A stretch of DNA of 64,000 nucleotides from an uncultured Gemmatimonadaceae bacterium (GTDB lineage: Bacteria > Gemmatimonadota > Gemmatimonadetes > Gemmatimonadales > Gemmatimonadaceae): NCBI GenBank assembly GCA_963829055.1, contig CAWHHI010000003.1, forward strand, positions 480,001-544,000. Direction: 5' to 3'. The notes under the pieces were generated by a model that was not told the DNA's origin, did not search any database, and saw only the letters and a program-made list of their open reading frames with translations. The stretch's first letter is position 1. Each line of letters starts with the position of its first letter. Below are positions 1-9,784 of the stretch, one piece after another. The position numbers and the translations under genes are program-made.

Positions 1-2
1 GC

Positions 3-233
3 GTGGATCCCTTGCTCGAGGACGCGCCGCTCGCGTACGCGTACTACGCCAACAGCTACGTCTGTCGTCCAGCGGACGATTCCGTGGTCCGCGCCTGGAG
101 CACGCACGACGACGATCGGTTCGCGGCGGTCGTGCGGAAGGGCAATACCGTCGGAGTGCAGTTCCATCCGGAGAAGAGCTCGGCCCCCGGCCTGCGATTC
201 CTGCGCGCCTTTCTCGCCGGTGCAGCTCGATGA
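3..233 (+). CDS. hisH: Imidazole glycerol phosphate synthase glutaminase subunit, 3' part (cut by window edge)
   Basis: GVQFHPEKS catalytic His-x-Glu motif; overlaps the hisA start. Confidence 0.92.
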   Translation: MDPLLEDAPLAYAYYANSYVCRPADDSVVRAWSTHDDDRFAAVVRKGNTVGVQFHPEKSSAPGLRFLRAFLAGAAR

Positions 234-943
234 TCGCGATCCCGGCGATCGATCTCCGTGAGGGGGCGTGCGTACAGCTCGTGGGTGGCGAGTACGCGGA
301 GGAGCGCGTGCGACTTCCCGACCCGCTCGCCGTCGCACGCGAGTGGACGCGCTACGGGTTTCGGCGGCTGCACGTCGTCGACCTCGATGCCGCGACCGGG
401 CGAGGATCTAACGAGCGCGTCGTCGCGGACCTGCTGCGTGAGGCTTCCGTGGACGTACAGGTCGGTGGAGGCATTCGAAGCACGACACAGGTCGAAGCGT
501 TGCTCGCGAGCGGGGCGCGCGCGGTCGTGGTGGGCACCCGAGCGCTCGAGGATGCCGACTGGCTCGCCCGCGTCTCCAGCGCGTACCCTAACGAGATTCT
601 CGTCGCCGCAGATGTCCGCGACCGCCGAGTCGTCACGCACGGGTGGACCCGGACGCTACCGCGAGAGATCATGGACGTGACCGAGGAACTGAGCACGCTG
701 CCACTGGCGGGGCTTCTCGTCACGGCCGTGCATCGCGAGGGCAAGATGCAAGGCACCGACTTGTTTCTGATGGAGGACGTCGTGGAGGCAGCATCGTTCC
801 CCGTGTACGCGTCGGGCGGTATCAGGTCTCTCGCTGACCTCCGCGCGTTGGCTGACCGAGGTATCGCCGCCGCGATCATCGGGATGGCGCTGTACACAGG
901 CGCCATCGATCCGTGGCAGACCGCCGAGGAGTTTTCCGAATGA
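230..943 (+). CDS. hisA: ProFAR isomerase
   Basis: IPAIDLREGACVQL, LHVVDLDAA, QVGGGIR, ASGGI motifs; his operon context. Confidence 0.95.
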   Translation: MIAIPAIDLREGACVQLVGGEYAEERVRLPDPLAVAREWTRYGFRRLHVVDLDAATGRGSNERVVADLLREASVDVQVGGGIRSTTQVEALLASGARAVVVGTRALEDADWLARVSSAYPNEILVAADVRDRRVVTHGWTRTLPREIMDVTEELSTLPLAGLLVTAVHREGKMQGTDLFLMEDVVEAASFPVYASGGIRSLADLRALADRGIAAAIIGMALYTGAIDPWQTAEEFSE

Positions 944-1467
944 GTGTCGTCGAGCGAGAGACATCCGAAACCCGCGTGCGCCTCGAGATCACGAGAGGCG
1001 ATGGGCGATCGTCGATTGCCACCGGTCTCAGGTTTCTCGACCACATGATGGTGACGCTCGCTCGATATTCAGGACTCGACATCTCGCTGCAAGCGAGCGG
1101 CGACCTCAAGCATCATCTCGTCGAGGATGTCGGCATCGCGTTCGGTGCGGCGCTCGCCCAGCACACGCCGGCGACGTGCGCGCGGTACGGTCACCGCGTC
1201 ATTCCGATGGACGAGGCGCTGGTCGAAGTCGCCGTCGATATCGGTGGGCGGCCGTACTATCGCGGACGACTCCCCAGCTCTCTGTACGATCACTGGTTCC
1301 GGTCGTTCAGCGACCACGCACACGCGACGGTTCACGTGCGCGTACTTCGTGGCGAAGACCGACACCACATCGTGGAGGCGGCGTTCAAGGCCCTCGGCAT
1401 GGCACTGCGCGATGCGCTCGTTGATTCCGGTACGGTGTTCAGTACCAAGGGCGCCGTCCGATGGTGA
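940..1467 (+). CDS. hisB: Imidazoleglycerol-phosphate dehydratase
   Basis: RETSET, FLDHM, HHLVED, PMDEAL, HHIVEAAFKA, STKG; ATG at 940 overlaps the hisA stop (ATGA). Confidence 0.95.
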   Translation: MSVVERETSETRVRLEITRGDGRSSIATGLRFLDHMMVTLARYSGLDISLQASGDLKHHLVEDVGIAFGAALAQHTPATCARYGHRVIPMDEALVEVAVDIGGRPYYRGRLPSSLYDHWFRSFSDHAHATVHVRVLRGEDRHHIVEAAFKALGMALRDALVDSGTVFSTKGAVRW

Positions 1468-2219
1468 CGCGTCGCGTGATCGTGTGCCTCGACGTGAAGG
1501 GCAGCCGAGTGGTGAAGGGCGTGCAGTTCGAATCGCTGCGCGACGTCGGCGATCCGATCGCCCTGGCCGCGCGCTACGAGGCGGACGGGGCAGACGAGAT
1601 CGTGTACCTCGACATCTCGGCAAGCGCCGAAGAGCGGGCGACACTGCTCGACCTCGCGCGACGCACGGCGGAGCGGTTGTTCATCCCGCTCACGATCGGC
1701 GGCGGCATCCGATCGTCCGACGATGTCGCGCGCGCCTTACGCGCCGGCGCCGACAAGGTTGGCGTGAATACTGCCGCGGTAGATTCGCCTGAGTTGGTAT
1801 CCGACTGTGCCGAACGGTTCGGGGCGCAATGCGTCGTGGTCAGCATCGACGCCAAGCGGGGTGATTCCGGCTGGCGCGTATACACGCACGGCGGTCGCAC
1901 GCCGACGTCGCTCGACGCCGTCCAGTGGGCACAAGAGTGCGCACGGCGTGGCGCCGGCGAGATCCTCATCACGAGCATCGATCGCGATGGCGCGAGGAGC
2001 GGATACGACCTCGAGCTCACGGCCGCTATCGCTGATTCGGTCAGCGTGCCAGTCATCGCCAGCGGTGGCGCCGGATCGGCAACACACGTGTGCGACGCGA
2101 TCACCCTCGGCCATGCGGATGCGGCGCTGGTCGCCGGCATCGTACACGACGGCGTCACCACGGTGCGCCAGATCAAAGACGAGATGATGACCCACAACAT
2201 CCCAATCCGCGCCGCATGA
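1461..2219 (+). CDS. hisF: Imidazole glycerol phosphate synthase cyclase subunit
   Basis: CLDVKGSRVVKG, GADEIVYLDI, PLTIGGGI, SIDRDG, IASGGAG. Confidence 0.96.
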   Translation: MVTRRVIVCLDVKGSRVVKGVQFESLRDVGDPIALAARYEADGADEIVYLDISASAEERATLLDLARRTAERLFIPLTIGGGIRSSDDVARALRAGADKVGVNTAAVDSPELVSDCAERFGAQCVVVSIDAKRGDSGWRVYTHGGRTPTSLDAVQWAQECARRGAGEILITSIDRDGARSGYDLELTAAIADSVSVPVIASGGAGSATHVCDAITLGHADAALVAGIVHDGVTTVRQIKDEMMTHNIPIRAA

Positions 2220-3042
2220 GAGACGAGCGCACGCGATACGCTGCTCCAGGCCGTCGCCGACGTCGCGCGCCTAACGGGGCAGGCAGCCTTGGCCCACTAC
2301 CGCACGAATCTCGACGTCGAGACAAAGCGTGACGGGAGCCCGGTCACCGTCGCCGATCGTGCCGCGGAGGAAGCGGCTCGCGCATGGATCTCGGCTCGCT
2401 TCCCGAACGATTCCATCCTCGGCGAGGAATTTGGTGCAGATGGTGACCAAAACGCTCGCCGCTGGATCATCGATCCGATCGATGGGACCAAGACGTTCGT
2501 ACGCGGCGTTCCGTTGTGGGGAACGCTCATCGGCGTCGCGCGTGGCGAGGACGTGCTCGCGGGCGCGGTGTACTGCCCGGGCGTCGACGAAATGGTCGTC
2601 GCGGCAGTCGGCGAGGGATGCTGGTGGAACGGTTCGCGGGCGCGCGTCTCCGAGTGCGAGAATCTTGCCGCAGGCCACGGTTCTCGTGACCGATGATCGA
2701 TTCCCCGGACGACCGGAACGCGGAGGTCGTTGGGCGGCGGTCGCGGCCGATGCGGCGATCGCGCGCACGTGGGGCGATTGCTACGGCTACCTCCTCGTCG
2801 CGACTGGCCGCGCGGAGCTCATGGTGGACAATCTCATGTCACCGTGGGACGCCGCCGCGCTCGTGCCTGTCGTACGTGAAGCAGGGGGTGAGTTCAGCGA
2901 TTGGGGCGGGCGCGTCACCGCATTCGGCGACGGCGCCATGGCCACGAACGGCGCGCTCGCCGCGTCACTCCGCTCGCGCCTTGGCGTACCGTGGCCCGCC
3001 GGCGAACGGGTGAATGCCTCTTCCGGTACGACCGGTGCCTAA
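2216..3042 (+). CDS. hisN: Histidinol-phosphatase, inositol monophosphatase family; two +1 frame breaks (~2220, ~2668), probably sequencing errors
   Basis: [21 protein letters not shown] in one frame; WGDCYGY, WDAAA in the next; ATG at 2216 overlaps the hisF stop. Confidence 0.85.
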
Positions 3043-3671
3043 CGCGCCCTCGACTCGACATCACAGCGCTCGATTTCGTGAAGGGCGGAGGATTGGTTTC
3101 GGTCATCGTTCAGGACGCGACGTCTGGCTCTGTATTGATGACGGCGTACGCCGACCGCGAAGCACTCGAGCGCACGTTGGAGACCGGCGAGATGCACTTC
3201 CGCTCTCGGACGCGCGGGCTCTGGCACAAGGGCGCGACCAGCGGGAATACACAGCGCGTCGTCTCGCTCGAGGCGGACTGCGATGGCGACGCTGTGCTGG
3301 CACGCGTCGTTCCGTCCGGGCCCGCATGCCATACGGGAAGCACGTCGTGCTTCGCAAAGACCGCGGTCGGGGCGGATGCGCTTGGTGAGCTCGATGTGAC
3401 GATCGCCGAGCGCGTTGGCGAACAGGATGCCCAAGCCGCCGTTGCCGCGCGCCCGAGCTACACGCGACGGCTGCTCTCCGACCGCAACCTGCGTCTCAAG
3501 AAGTTAGGCGAGGAATGCGCCGAGCTCGTGACGGCGTGTGCAGACAACGATCGCAGTCGCGCGACCGAGGAGGCCGCGGACCTCATCTATCATACGCTGG
3601 TCGCGCTGCGCTCCGTCGGCGCGACGCTCGACGACGTGAGACACGTGCTCGCCGCGCGGCGGCGCGAGTAG
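3014..3671 (+). CDS. hisIE: Bifunctional PR-AMP cyclohydrolase / PR-ATP pyrophosphatase; start uncertain, possible +1 break near 3047
   Basis: [23 protein letters not shown], then [18 protein letters not shown]; nearest plausible starts (ATG 3014, GTG 3035) are one base out of frame. Confidence 0.88.
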
Positions 3672-3708
3672 ACGATACTCAGCGGCACCCGACGCGGCGC
3701 AGCCCGAG

Positions 3709-5094
3709 TCAGAAACCGCGAAGCGCGCGCGCCGACAGCCGCGCCGAGTCGCCGACATAGGCGAATCGAATGTCGCGCATGTACTGCCGCGCGACACGCT
3801 GCACGTCCTCCGGGCTCACGTCGCGGAGCTCGTCCACGAACAGATCCGCGACGCGAAAATCGCCGCGGTAGAGTTGAGCGCGGGCGAGGAAGTTCGCCTG
3901 TTCTCCGTTCGTCTCGTTGTTGAGGAAGTACTCGGTGATGAACTGCTGCACGAGTCGTTCGAGTGCCTCGCGATCGATCGTCCCCTGCCGCAGCGCGGTG
4001 ATCTGTTGCTGCATGAGCGCGAGCGTCGTGTCCGGCGAGACGGTCGTTACGTACAGACCTCCCGACGCGATCGCGCGCTCGACGAACGGCGCGTCCACCG
4101 CGTACGTGAGATTGCGACGCGAGCGGATCTCCGCGAAGAGTTGTCCCGACAGCACCGCGGCCGCGACGCGTAGCGCCTGGTAATCCTTGCTCCCGGCCGG
4201 CGGGCCAAGGTAGTACCCGAGGATGTAGTTGGTCGGGAGAGAGCGCGGTTCGATCGCGAATCCCGTGGCGCGCGGCGGCACGCTGTCGGGGAGTGTCCAC
4301 CGATATGTCCCGGCAGGCAGTTTCGCGAGCGTGCGGGTGACGAGTTTTTCCACCTGCGCTCGCGCGACATTGCCGACGATGACCACCATCATACGCGACT
4401 TCACGATCTGCTCGTCGTGATACCGCTTGAGTGCGGCGACGCTGAGGCGCGCCAGCGACCGTTCGGTGCCGAGCGGCGAGCGCGCGTACGGATGGCCGGA
4501 GAACGCGAACGTATCGGCGACGAAGGAGGCCAGTGCGTCCGGGTTATCGCCACGTTGCCTAACGGCTGCCAGGAGTTGCTCTCGGACGAGAGCGACCTGC
4601 GCCGAGTCGAGCGTCGGGTGCATGAGTCGGCTCGCCATCACCGACCACGTCGAGTCGAAGCCTTCGCGCGTCGCGCGCAGTCCGAAGATCGTCCAGTCCG
4701 TTTCCGGATCGACGACGATCGAGCTCCCGAGTCGCGAGAGTGTCGTGCGCACGCGCTCGCCCGTGTACTCGCGCGTACCGCGGTCCGAGGCTTCCAGGAG
4801 CAGCGGCTCGATCCCGGCGTTGTCGTCGGTGATCTGACGAACCCCGCCCAGGAGGTACACGTTCGCGGCAACGATGTCGTTCGCTGGCGTTAGGCGGTGA
4901 ATGATCCGGACGCCGCTGACCTCGTAGCTCGTGGTCAGGCTGTCGTGCACCGACGCTCTCGTGCGCGACGTGGCCGGCATGGCGTTGCCCGGCGTCTGGG
5001 CGCCTGCCGGCGCAGTGAGCGCGAGGAACGCCGCCAGAGCCAGCGCGGGGCGTGGCACGAGCAGGCGCCTACCCACCGTCATGGCTCGCTTCAC
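3709..5094 (-). CDS. M16 family peptidase, non-catalytic subunit with signal peptide
   Basis: M16-like layout without HxxEH; C-terminal EIRSRRNLTY R/Y motif; signal ending TAPAGA-Q; start overlaps the stop of the upstream M16 gene. Confidence 0.8.
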   Translation of the reverse strand: MKRAMTVGRRLLVPRPALALAAFLALTAPAGAQTPGNAMPATSRTRASVHDSLTTSYEVSGVRIIHRLTPANDIVAANVYLLGGVRQITDDNAGIEPLLLEASDRGTREYTGERVRTTLSRLGSSIVVDPETDWTIFGLRATREGFDSTWSVMASRLMHPTLDSAQVALVREQLLAAVRQRGDNPDALASFVADTFAFSGHPYARSPLGTERSLARLSVAALKRYHDEQIVKSRMMVVIVGNVARAQVEKLVTRTLAKLPAGTYRWTLPDSVPPRATGFAIEPRSLPTNYILGYYLGPPAGSKDYQALRVAAAVLSGQLFAEIRSRRNLTYAVDAPFVERAIASGGLYVTTVSPDTTLALMQQQITALRQGTIDREALERLVQQFITEYFLNNETNGEQANFLARAQLYRGDFRVADLFVDELRDVSPEDVQRVARQYMRDIRFAYVGDSARLSARALRGF

Positions 5095-6578
5095 TGCGCT
5101 ATGCCCCGCGGGAGGAGGTCTGCCGCGGTCAACGCGATCGACTGACGCGCTTCCGCCGGAATCACGACGCCGGTGATCCTCGGCTTGCCGACGATGTACT
5201 TCGACGCGTACCCACGAAGATCGGCGAGACTCTGCGTCGCCATGTTGTCCACATACCCCATGTAGTACTCGAGGTCGGCGACGCTCCACCAAAAGCCGAT
5301 GGTCTGGCTGAACCCCGACGCCCGCTCACGACCGAACGCCGAGCTGACGGCGCGCTGCGCTTTCACAGCCTCCAGCTCATCCTTCGAGATGTAGCCCGGC
5401 TCCGTGAACCGCTGAATCTCCGCGTCGAGCGCCGCCAGTGCGCTCTTCAACTTCTCGGGCGTCGTCTGGCCGCTGATCGTGATCGGACCGACGTGGTCGA
5501 GTGTGTAGTAGTTGACGCCGATCGACTGCCAGAGACCGGTGTCCACGAGGTGCTTCTGCAGCGTGGAGTTCGGCTGGTTGAGCGCGTCGGAAAAGACATC
5601 TGCCGCGTAGGTGGCTTTCGGATCCTTTCGGACGCTCGGGCCCTGCCACTGGATCATCACCGTGATTGCGCCCACAGGCTGCTCGATGATGAGCGCGTCG
5701 CTCTTCTGGAGTTGCGGGATCGGCGGGATTGGGTCGGCCACGAACGGATCCTTGCCACGAGCCCAGTCGCCATAGGTCCTCTCGGCGAGGGCGAATACGC
5801 TGTCGGGCGTCACGTCGCCGGTGATGACGAGCACGGAGTTGTTAGGCACGTAGTACTTCTGCTGGATGACGCGCATCTTCTCCGGCGTCACGCCGAGAAT
5901 CACGTCCCGGTCGCCGATGACGTTCTTGCGGCTCCACTGTCCGGGGTACAGTCGCTTGCTGATCTCGGACTGCAGCTTGAAGAACGGGTTCGACTCGTTG
6001 CGGTCGTACTCCCCGATCACGACCTGGCGCTCGCGCTCGATCTCTTCCTTCAGGAACAGCGGCGCGCGGAGCGCGTCGGCGATCGCCTGCATCCCACCGG
6101 CGAGACTGTCCGCGGGAAGCGTCATGTAGTACGCGACGCGCTCTTCGTCCGTGCGCCCGTTGAAAACGGCGCCGAGCTCGGCAGCACGGTCGATGAACTG
6201 GTCGGGCTCGGGCAGATGGATGTTGGCCTTGAAGAACATGTGCTCGTACATGTGCGCGAGGCCGGCGTACTCTGGCGTTTGCGTGAACGAGCCGTTCTTG
6301 ACGTCGATCTCTACCGTCGCGAGCGGTACGCCATGGTTCTCGACGACGATGACCTCGAGCCCGTTGGTCAGCACGCGCCGCTTGATGATCTTATCGAGCT
6401 CGGCGCGTTGCGCGTGGGCCGGCGCGGCCGTCAAGGCGACGGCGGCAAGTGCGAGCGCGTGCAACCACCAGGCGCTGCGTCGGATCGACTTCGAAATGAT
6501 TCGGGAGATGGGCGTACCCTCTACAGAGCTCTCAACGCTGGCAATCGGCGCGCATCGCGGACTTCTTTCCACTTCCAT
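5091..6578 (-). CDS. M16 family zinc peptidase, catalytic subunit with signal peptide (start uncertain)
   Basis: LTNGLEV, GLAHMYEHMFF (HxxEH), ERQVVIGE, YYVPNN; signal ending APAHA-Q. Confidence 0.9.
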   Translation of the reverse strand: MEVERSPRCAPIASVESSVEGTPISRIISKSIRRSAWWLHALALAAVALTAAPAHAQRAELDKIIKRRVLTNGLEVIVVENHGVPLATVEIDVKNGSFTQTPEYAGLAHMYEHMFFKANIHLPEPDQFIDRAAELGAVFNGRTDEERVAYYMTLPADSLAGGMQAIADALRAPLFLKEEIERERQVVIGEYDRNESNPFFKLQSEISKRLYPGQWSRKNVIGDRDVILGVTPEKMRVIQQKYYVPNNSVLVITGDVTPDSVFALAERTYGDWARGKDPFVADPIPPIPQLQKSDALIIEQPVGAITVMIQWQGPSVRKDPKATYAADVFSDALNQPNSTLQKHLVDTGLWQSIGVNYYTLDHVGPITISGQTTPEKLKSALAALDAEIQRFTEPGYISKDELEAVKAQRAVSSAFGRERASGFSQTIGFWWSVADLEYYMGYVDNMATQSLADLRGYASKYIVGKPRITGVVIPAEARQSIALTAADLLPRGIAQ

Positions 6579-7527
6579 GCCTCACACTCATTTCGCCGAC
6601 CCGATCTTGCGACTTGGCGACCGGATCAACGCGGCGCGACTCAAGCGGGACGAGCCACTCGCGCCATACACCACGTTTCGGATCGGAGGTCCGGCCGACC
6701 TCTTCTACGATGCCACGTCCGCAGACGATCTCGCAAACGCAATATCGGCTGCGCGTCAGGCAACAATGCCGTTTTTCGTACTCGGTTTGGGCGCGAACAT
6801 CCTCGTTGGCGATGCCGGGTTTCGCGGCCTTGTGATCCGAAACGCCGCTCGACACGTCCGATTCGCGGAAGATGGTCGTGTGTGGTGCGAGAGTGGCGTC
6901 ATAATGCGCGAGTTGATTGCCGAATCGGTGCGTCGGGGTCTTTCGGGCTTGGAGCACTACGTGGGAATTCCCAGCACCGTTGGCGGCGCGGTGTGGCAGA
7001 ACCTCCACTTCCTCTCGCCGGCGCCCGAACGTGAGCGCACGATGTTCATCGAAGAGGTATTCGAGTCTGCCGAGCTCTTGAATGAGAGGGATGAACGCCA
7101 TCTCGTCGACAAGACGTACATGAAGTTCGGGTACGATACGAGCGTCCTCCACTCCGGTCGTGAGATCGCGCTGGCGGTGACCTTCCGACTCACCCCTGGA
7201 GACACCGGCGCGATGCATCGCATCATGCAGGAGAACCTGAGCTGGCGGGGTGCGCGTCACCCATGGCTCGAGATTCATCCGAGCGCCGGATCTATCTTCA
7301 AGAAGATCGAGGGCGTCGGGGCGGGTCGCTTGGTCGACCAGTGCGGCTTGAAGGGTTTTCGGATTGGCGACGCGCAGATCTCGCACATTCACGCGAACAT
7401 CATGGTGAACCTCGGTCGCGCGACGGCCGCCGATGTTCGCGCGCTGATCGCGCATGCACAGCAGTGCGTCTTCGAGAAGTTCGGCCAGCGTCTCGAGCCG
7501 GAGATCGGCTTCATCGGCGAATTCTGA
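6577..7527 (+). CDS. murB: UDP-N-acetylenolpyruvoylglucosamine reductase-like flavoprotein (divergent)
   Basis: YTTFRIGGPAD, LGLGANILV, GIPSTVGGA, PSAGSIFK, HANIMVN, LEPEI. Confidence 0.85.
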   Translation: MPHTHFADPILRLGDRINAARLKRDEPLAPYTTFRIGGPADLFYDATSADDLANAISAARQATMPFFVLGLGANILVGDAGFRGLVIRNAARHVRFAEDGRVWCESGVIMRELIAESVRRGLSGLEHYVGIPSTVGGAVWQNLHFLSPAPERERTMFIEEVFESAELLNERDERHLVDKTYMKFGYDTSVLHSGREIALAVTFRLTPGDTGAMHRIMQENLSWRGARHPWLEIHPSAGSIFKKIEGVGAGRLVDQCGLKGFRIGDAQISHIHANIMVNLGRATAADVRALIAHAQQCVFEKFGQRLEPEIGFIGEF

Positions 7528-7558
7528 TCATGCCGCGACACATGGCTTGGCCCAGGAC

Positions 7559-9769
7559 TTAGAGCACCTGCGCCAACCCCACCACGAATCGCCAGGACTG
7601 CCGGTGGTCGGTCGCGCGCGCGACGCCAACGCTCACCGCACCGCCGAAGAACCGCAGGCGAAAATCGATGGACGACTTGAAGCCATCCGTTGGACGCGAC
7701 ACAGGGGAGCCCGCGCCGCTTTCGGGTCTGCCTAGCACCGAATCCCCGGACGTCCCGAGTCGCCGAATCGATGACAGGGCCGACGCGTTCGTCGCTGAGG
7801 CCCAGCCGGACTGGGCTCCGAACGAGAGCGCGGGCGCTACAGCCGGAAGCACCACGCGTCCGAGACGGAGCGGCGCCCGCCATAACGCCAGCGGATACAT
7901 GACGAGTCCGCGGATCACGACGGCTTCGTTCCCGGCAAACTCCTTGTAGCCGTAGCCGGGCAGATTCTGGTTCTCGCCGAGTTCGAAGAGTTGCTGCGGA
8001 GGAATCGAATCGCCGACGACCACCCCCACGTCGGCCCTGGCCGCGTAGATCATCGGGCCGAACGCGCGGCGCGCCACGAGTCGAAGCTCTGCCCGTCGCC
8101 ACGAGATGTCGCCTGACGCCGCTTCGGCCTGCAGCAACGCGCCGAATCCGGGCCGCACGAAAGCGGCGTTGACGTCCGGATGAACTTCGAGCTTCATCGT
8201 GGCGACCCGGTATCGCCCCGCGTCGACACCGCGGTTGAAGCGGAACCCGGAATCGGGATGGGCGAACGGACCTTGGTCGCGACGAGCGGCGGCGTAGCGA
8301 TCCGACGCGACACCACCTTCGACGCGCAGACGAACGTCGCGCCGCGGCGTGAGGAATCGCGTTAGGCCGACGAGGGTGATGTGTCGGTCGACGTAGTCGT
8401 AGTCGTCCACCGAGAACAGCGCTCCGAGCGTCGACCCGCTGTCGAACGGTTCGCGAAAGTCATTCGTAATATCGAGCGACCGGCCCATTCTGAGAGACGG
8501 CCACCATTGGCCGAGCTGCCGTTCGACCGATGCACGTCCACGAATGGCGCTTTCCGTCCAGGCGTGGCCTATGGTTCCCCGCACGATGACGCCGGGCGCT
8601 GCGTCGCGCAGCTTGACCTCGCCCGAGACGCCCGTGTACGCGCCTTCAATGCGGTTGTAGTGAAACAGATCCGTGGGCTCCTGGTAGTGCAGCCGAGCGA
8701 GCGGCGCGCCGGTCGGGCGCCACGAGTCGGGCGCGAGGTCCGTGAAATCGTCGGCGCGAGCGTCGCCGGTGAGCTCACCCATGTCCCGGGACCACCCCGC
8801 GAACCGATCGAGGCTATCGCGCGGCGCGAACGTTAGGCGGTAGGGCACGAGGCGCAGCGTGTCCCCCGCATCCGCGACAGTCAACGTATCTCGCGGATTT
8901 ACCGTCATTGCCCTGAAGCGCGAGATGACACGGAACACGGCGCGCTGGTCACCGAGCAGCGTCATCGTCGCCTGTGCTTCGATGCGCTGGTAGGTGGGGA
9001 GCCAGTATCGCTGCTCGAACTCGCCGTTCTCGAGCTCCACGTACGCGATGGCGTCGATTTGGGACGCGATCAGCCGTGTGCGCACGTTGGGCTTGGGCCC
9101 GACCGTCACGAAGTACCCGCGCATACGCACGATTTCGGCGCGCTGCGCATCGAGCTCGATGTCGCCGCGGAACACGGCCGTCTTCCGCGTTAGGCGATCC
9201 GCGCGCGGCTCGACGTGCACCCTCACCACGGGGATGTCGCGCGCACCGGGGTTGATCGTCACCACCGTGTCGCCGCCGGAAAAGCGGTACACGCGCTCGC
9301 GATCGTCGGCAAAGGGGTGAACGGCAACGGTCACGTCGGCGCGAGCCTGGCGTTGACGTCGGCGCCTCGTGGAGTCCGGCTGGCCGAACAACAACGTGAT
9401 CCGATTTCCATACAGGATCGGAACCGTCCACGCCTGGCGAAACAGCCCGACCGCCGAGACCGTGAAGCCCACGGATTGCGACCGATAGCCGATCACCCGC
9501 TGCTCGTACCGCCCCGTGCGATCCCACCGCACCGCATTTGCGGTCTGCTCGACGGAGAACGTCTGCTCGGTGCCGTCGGACTGTCGCGCCACGAAGGCCA
9601 TTTCGCTCTCGACGCGCGCGTGATACGCGCGGAGCGAATCCGGCACGCGGCGATTCGCCACCGCCGCCCGTTCGACGAGCTGCCGCACGCCCGGCGTCGA
9701 GTACGTCGAATCGACGGTCGCGGGCGTGGGGACCTGGAGCGCCACGCCAAGCAGCAACGCCAGCAGCAT
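7559..9769 (-). CDS. Large exported protein, probable outer-membrane beta-barrel at C-terminus
   Basis: Signal peptide; YNRIEG and LPGYGYKEFAG motifs reminiscent of Omp85-like barrels; alternating beta-strand pattern. Confidence 0.6.
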   Translation of the reverse strand: MLLALLLGVALQVPTPATVDSTYSTPGVRQLVERAAVANRRVPDSLRAYHARVESEMAFVARQSDGTEQTFSVEQTANAVRWDRTGRYEQRVIGYRSQSVGFTVSAVGLFRQAWTVPILYGNRITLLFGQPDSTRRRRQRQARADVTVAVHPFADDRERVYRFSGGDTVVTINPGARDIPVVRVHVEPRADRLTRKTAVFRGDIELDAQRAEIVRMRGYFVTVGPKPNVRTRLIASQIDAIAYVELENGEFEQRYWLPTYQRIEAQATMTLLGDQRAVFRVISRFRAMTVNPRDTLTVADAGDTLRLVPYRLTFAPRDSLDRFAGWSRDMGELTGDARADDFTDLAPDSWRPTGAPLARLHYQEPTDLFHYNRIEGAYTGVSGEVKLRDAAPGVIVRGTIGHAWTESAIRGRASVERQLGQWWPSLRMGRSLDITNDFREPFDSGSTLGALFSVDDYDYVDRHITLVGLTRFLTPRRDVRLRVEGGVASDRYAAARRDQGPFAHPDSGFRFNRGVDAGRYRVATMKLEVHPDVNAAFVRPGFGALLQAEAASGDISWRRAELRLVARRAFGPMIYAARADVGVVVGDSIPPQQLFELGENQNLPGYGYKEFAGNEAVVIRGLVMYPLALWRAPLRLGRVVLPAVAPALSFGAQSGWASATNASALSSIRRLGTSGDSVLGRPESGAGSPVSRPTDGFKSSIDFRLRFFGGAVSVGVARATDHRQSWRFVVGLAQVL

Positions 9770-9784
9770 CCGAGGTGCGGTGCT

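Noticed and set aside
230..3671. Unusual his gene order (H-A-B-F-N-IE)
   Set aside because: his operon order varies widely; no functional novelty evident
5052..7034. 660-aa plus-strand ORF
   Set aside because: Antisense shadow of the M16 gene and off-frame to murB; no motifs; typical of high-GC DNA
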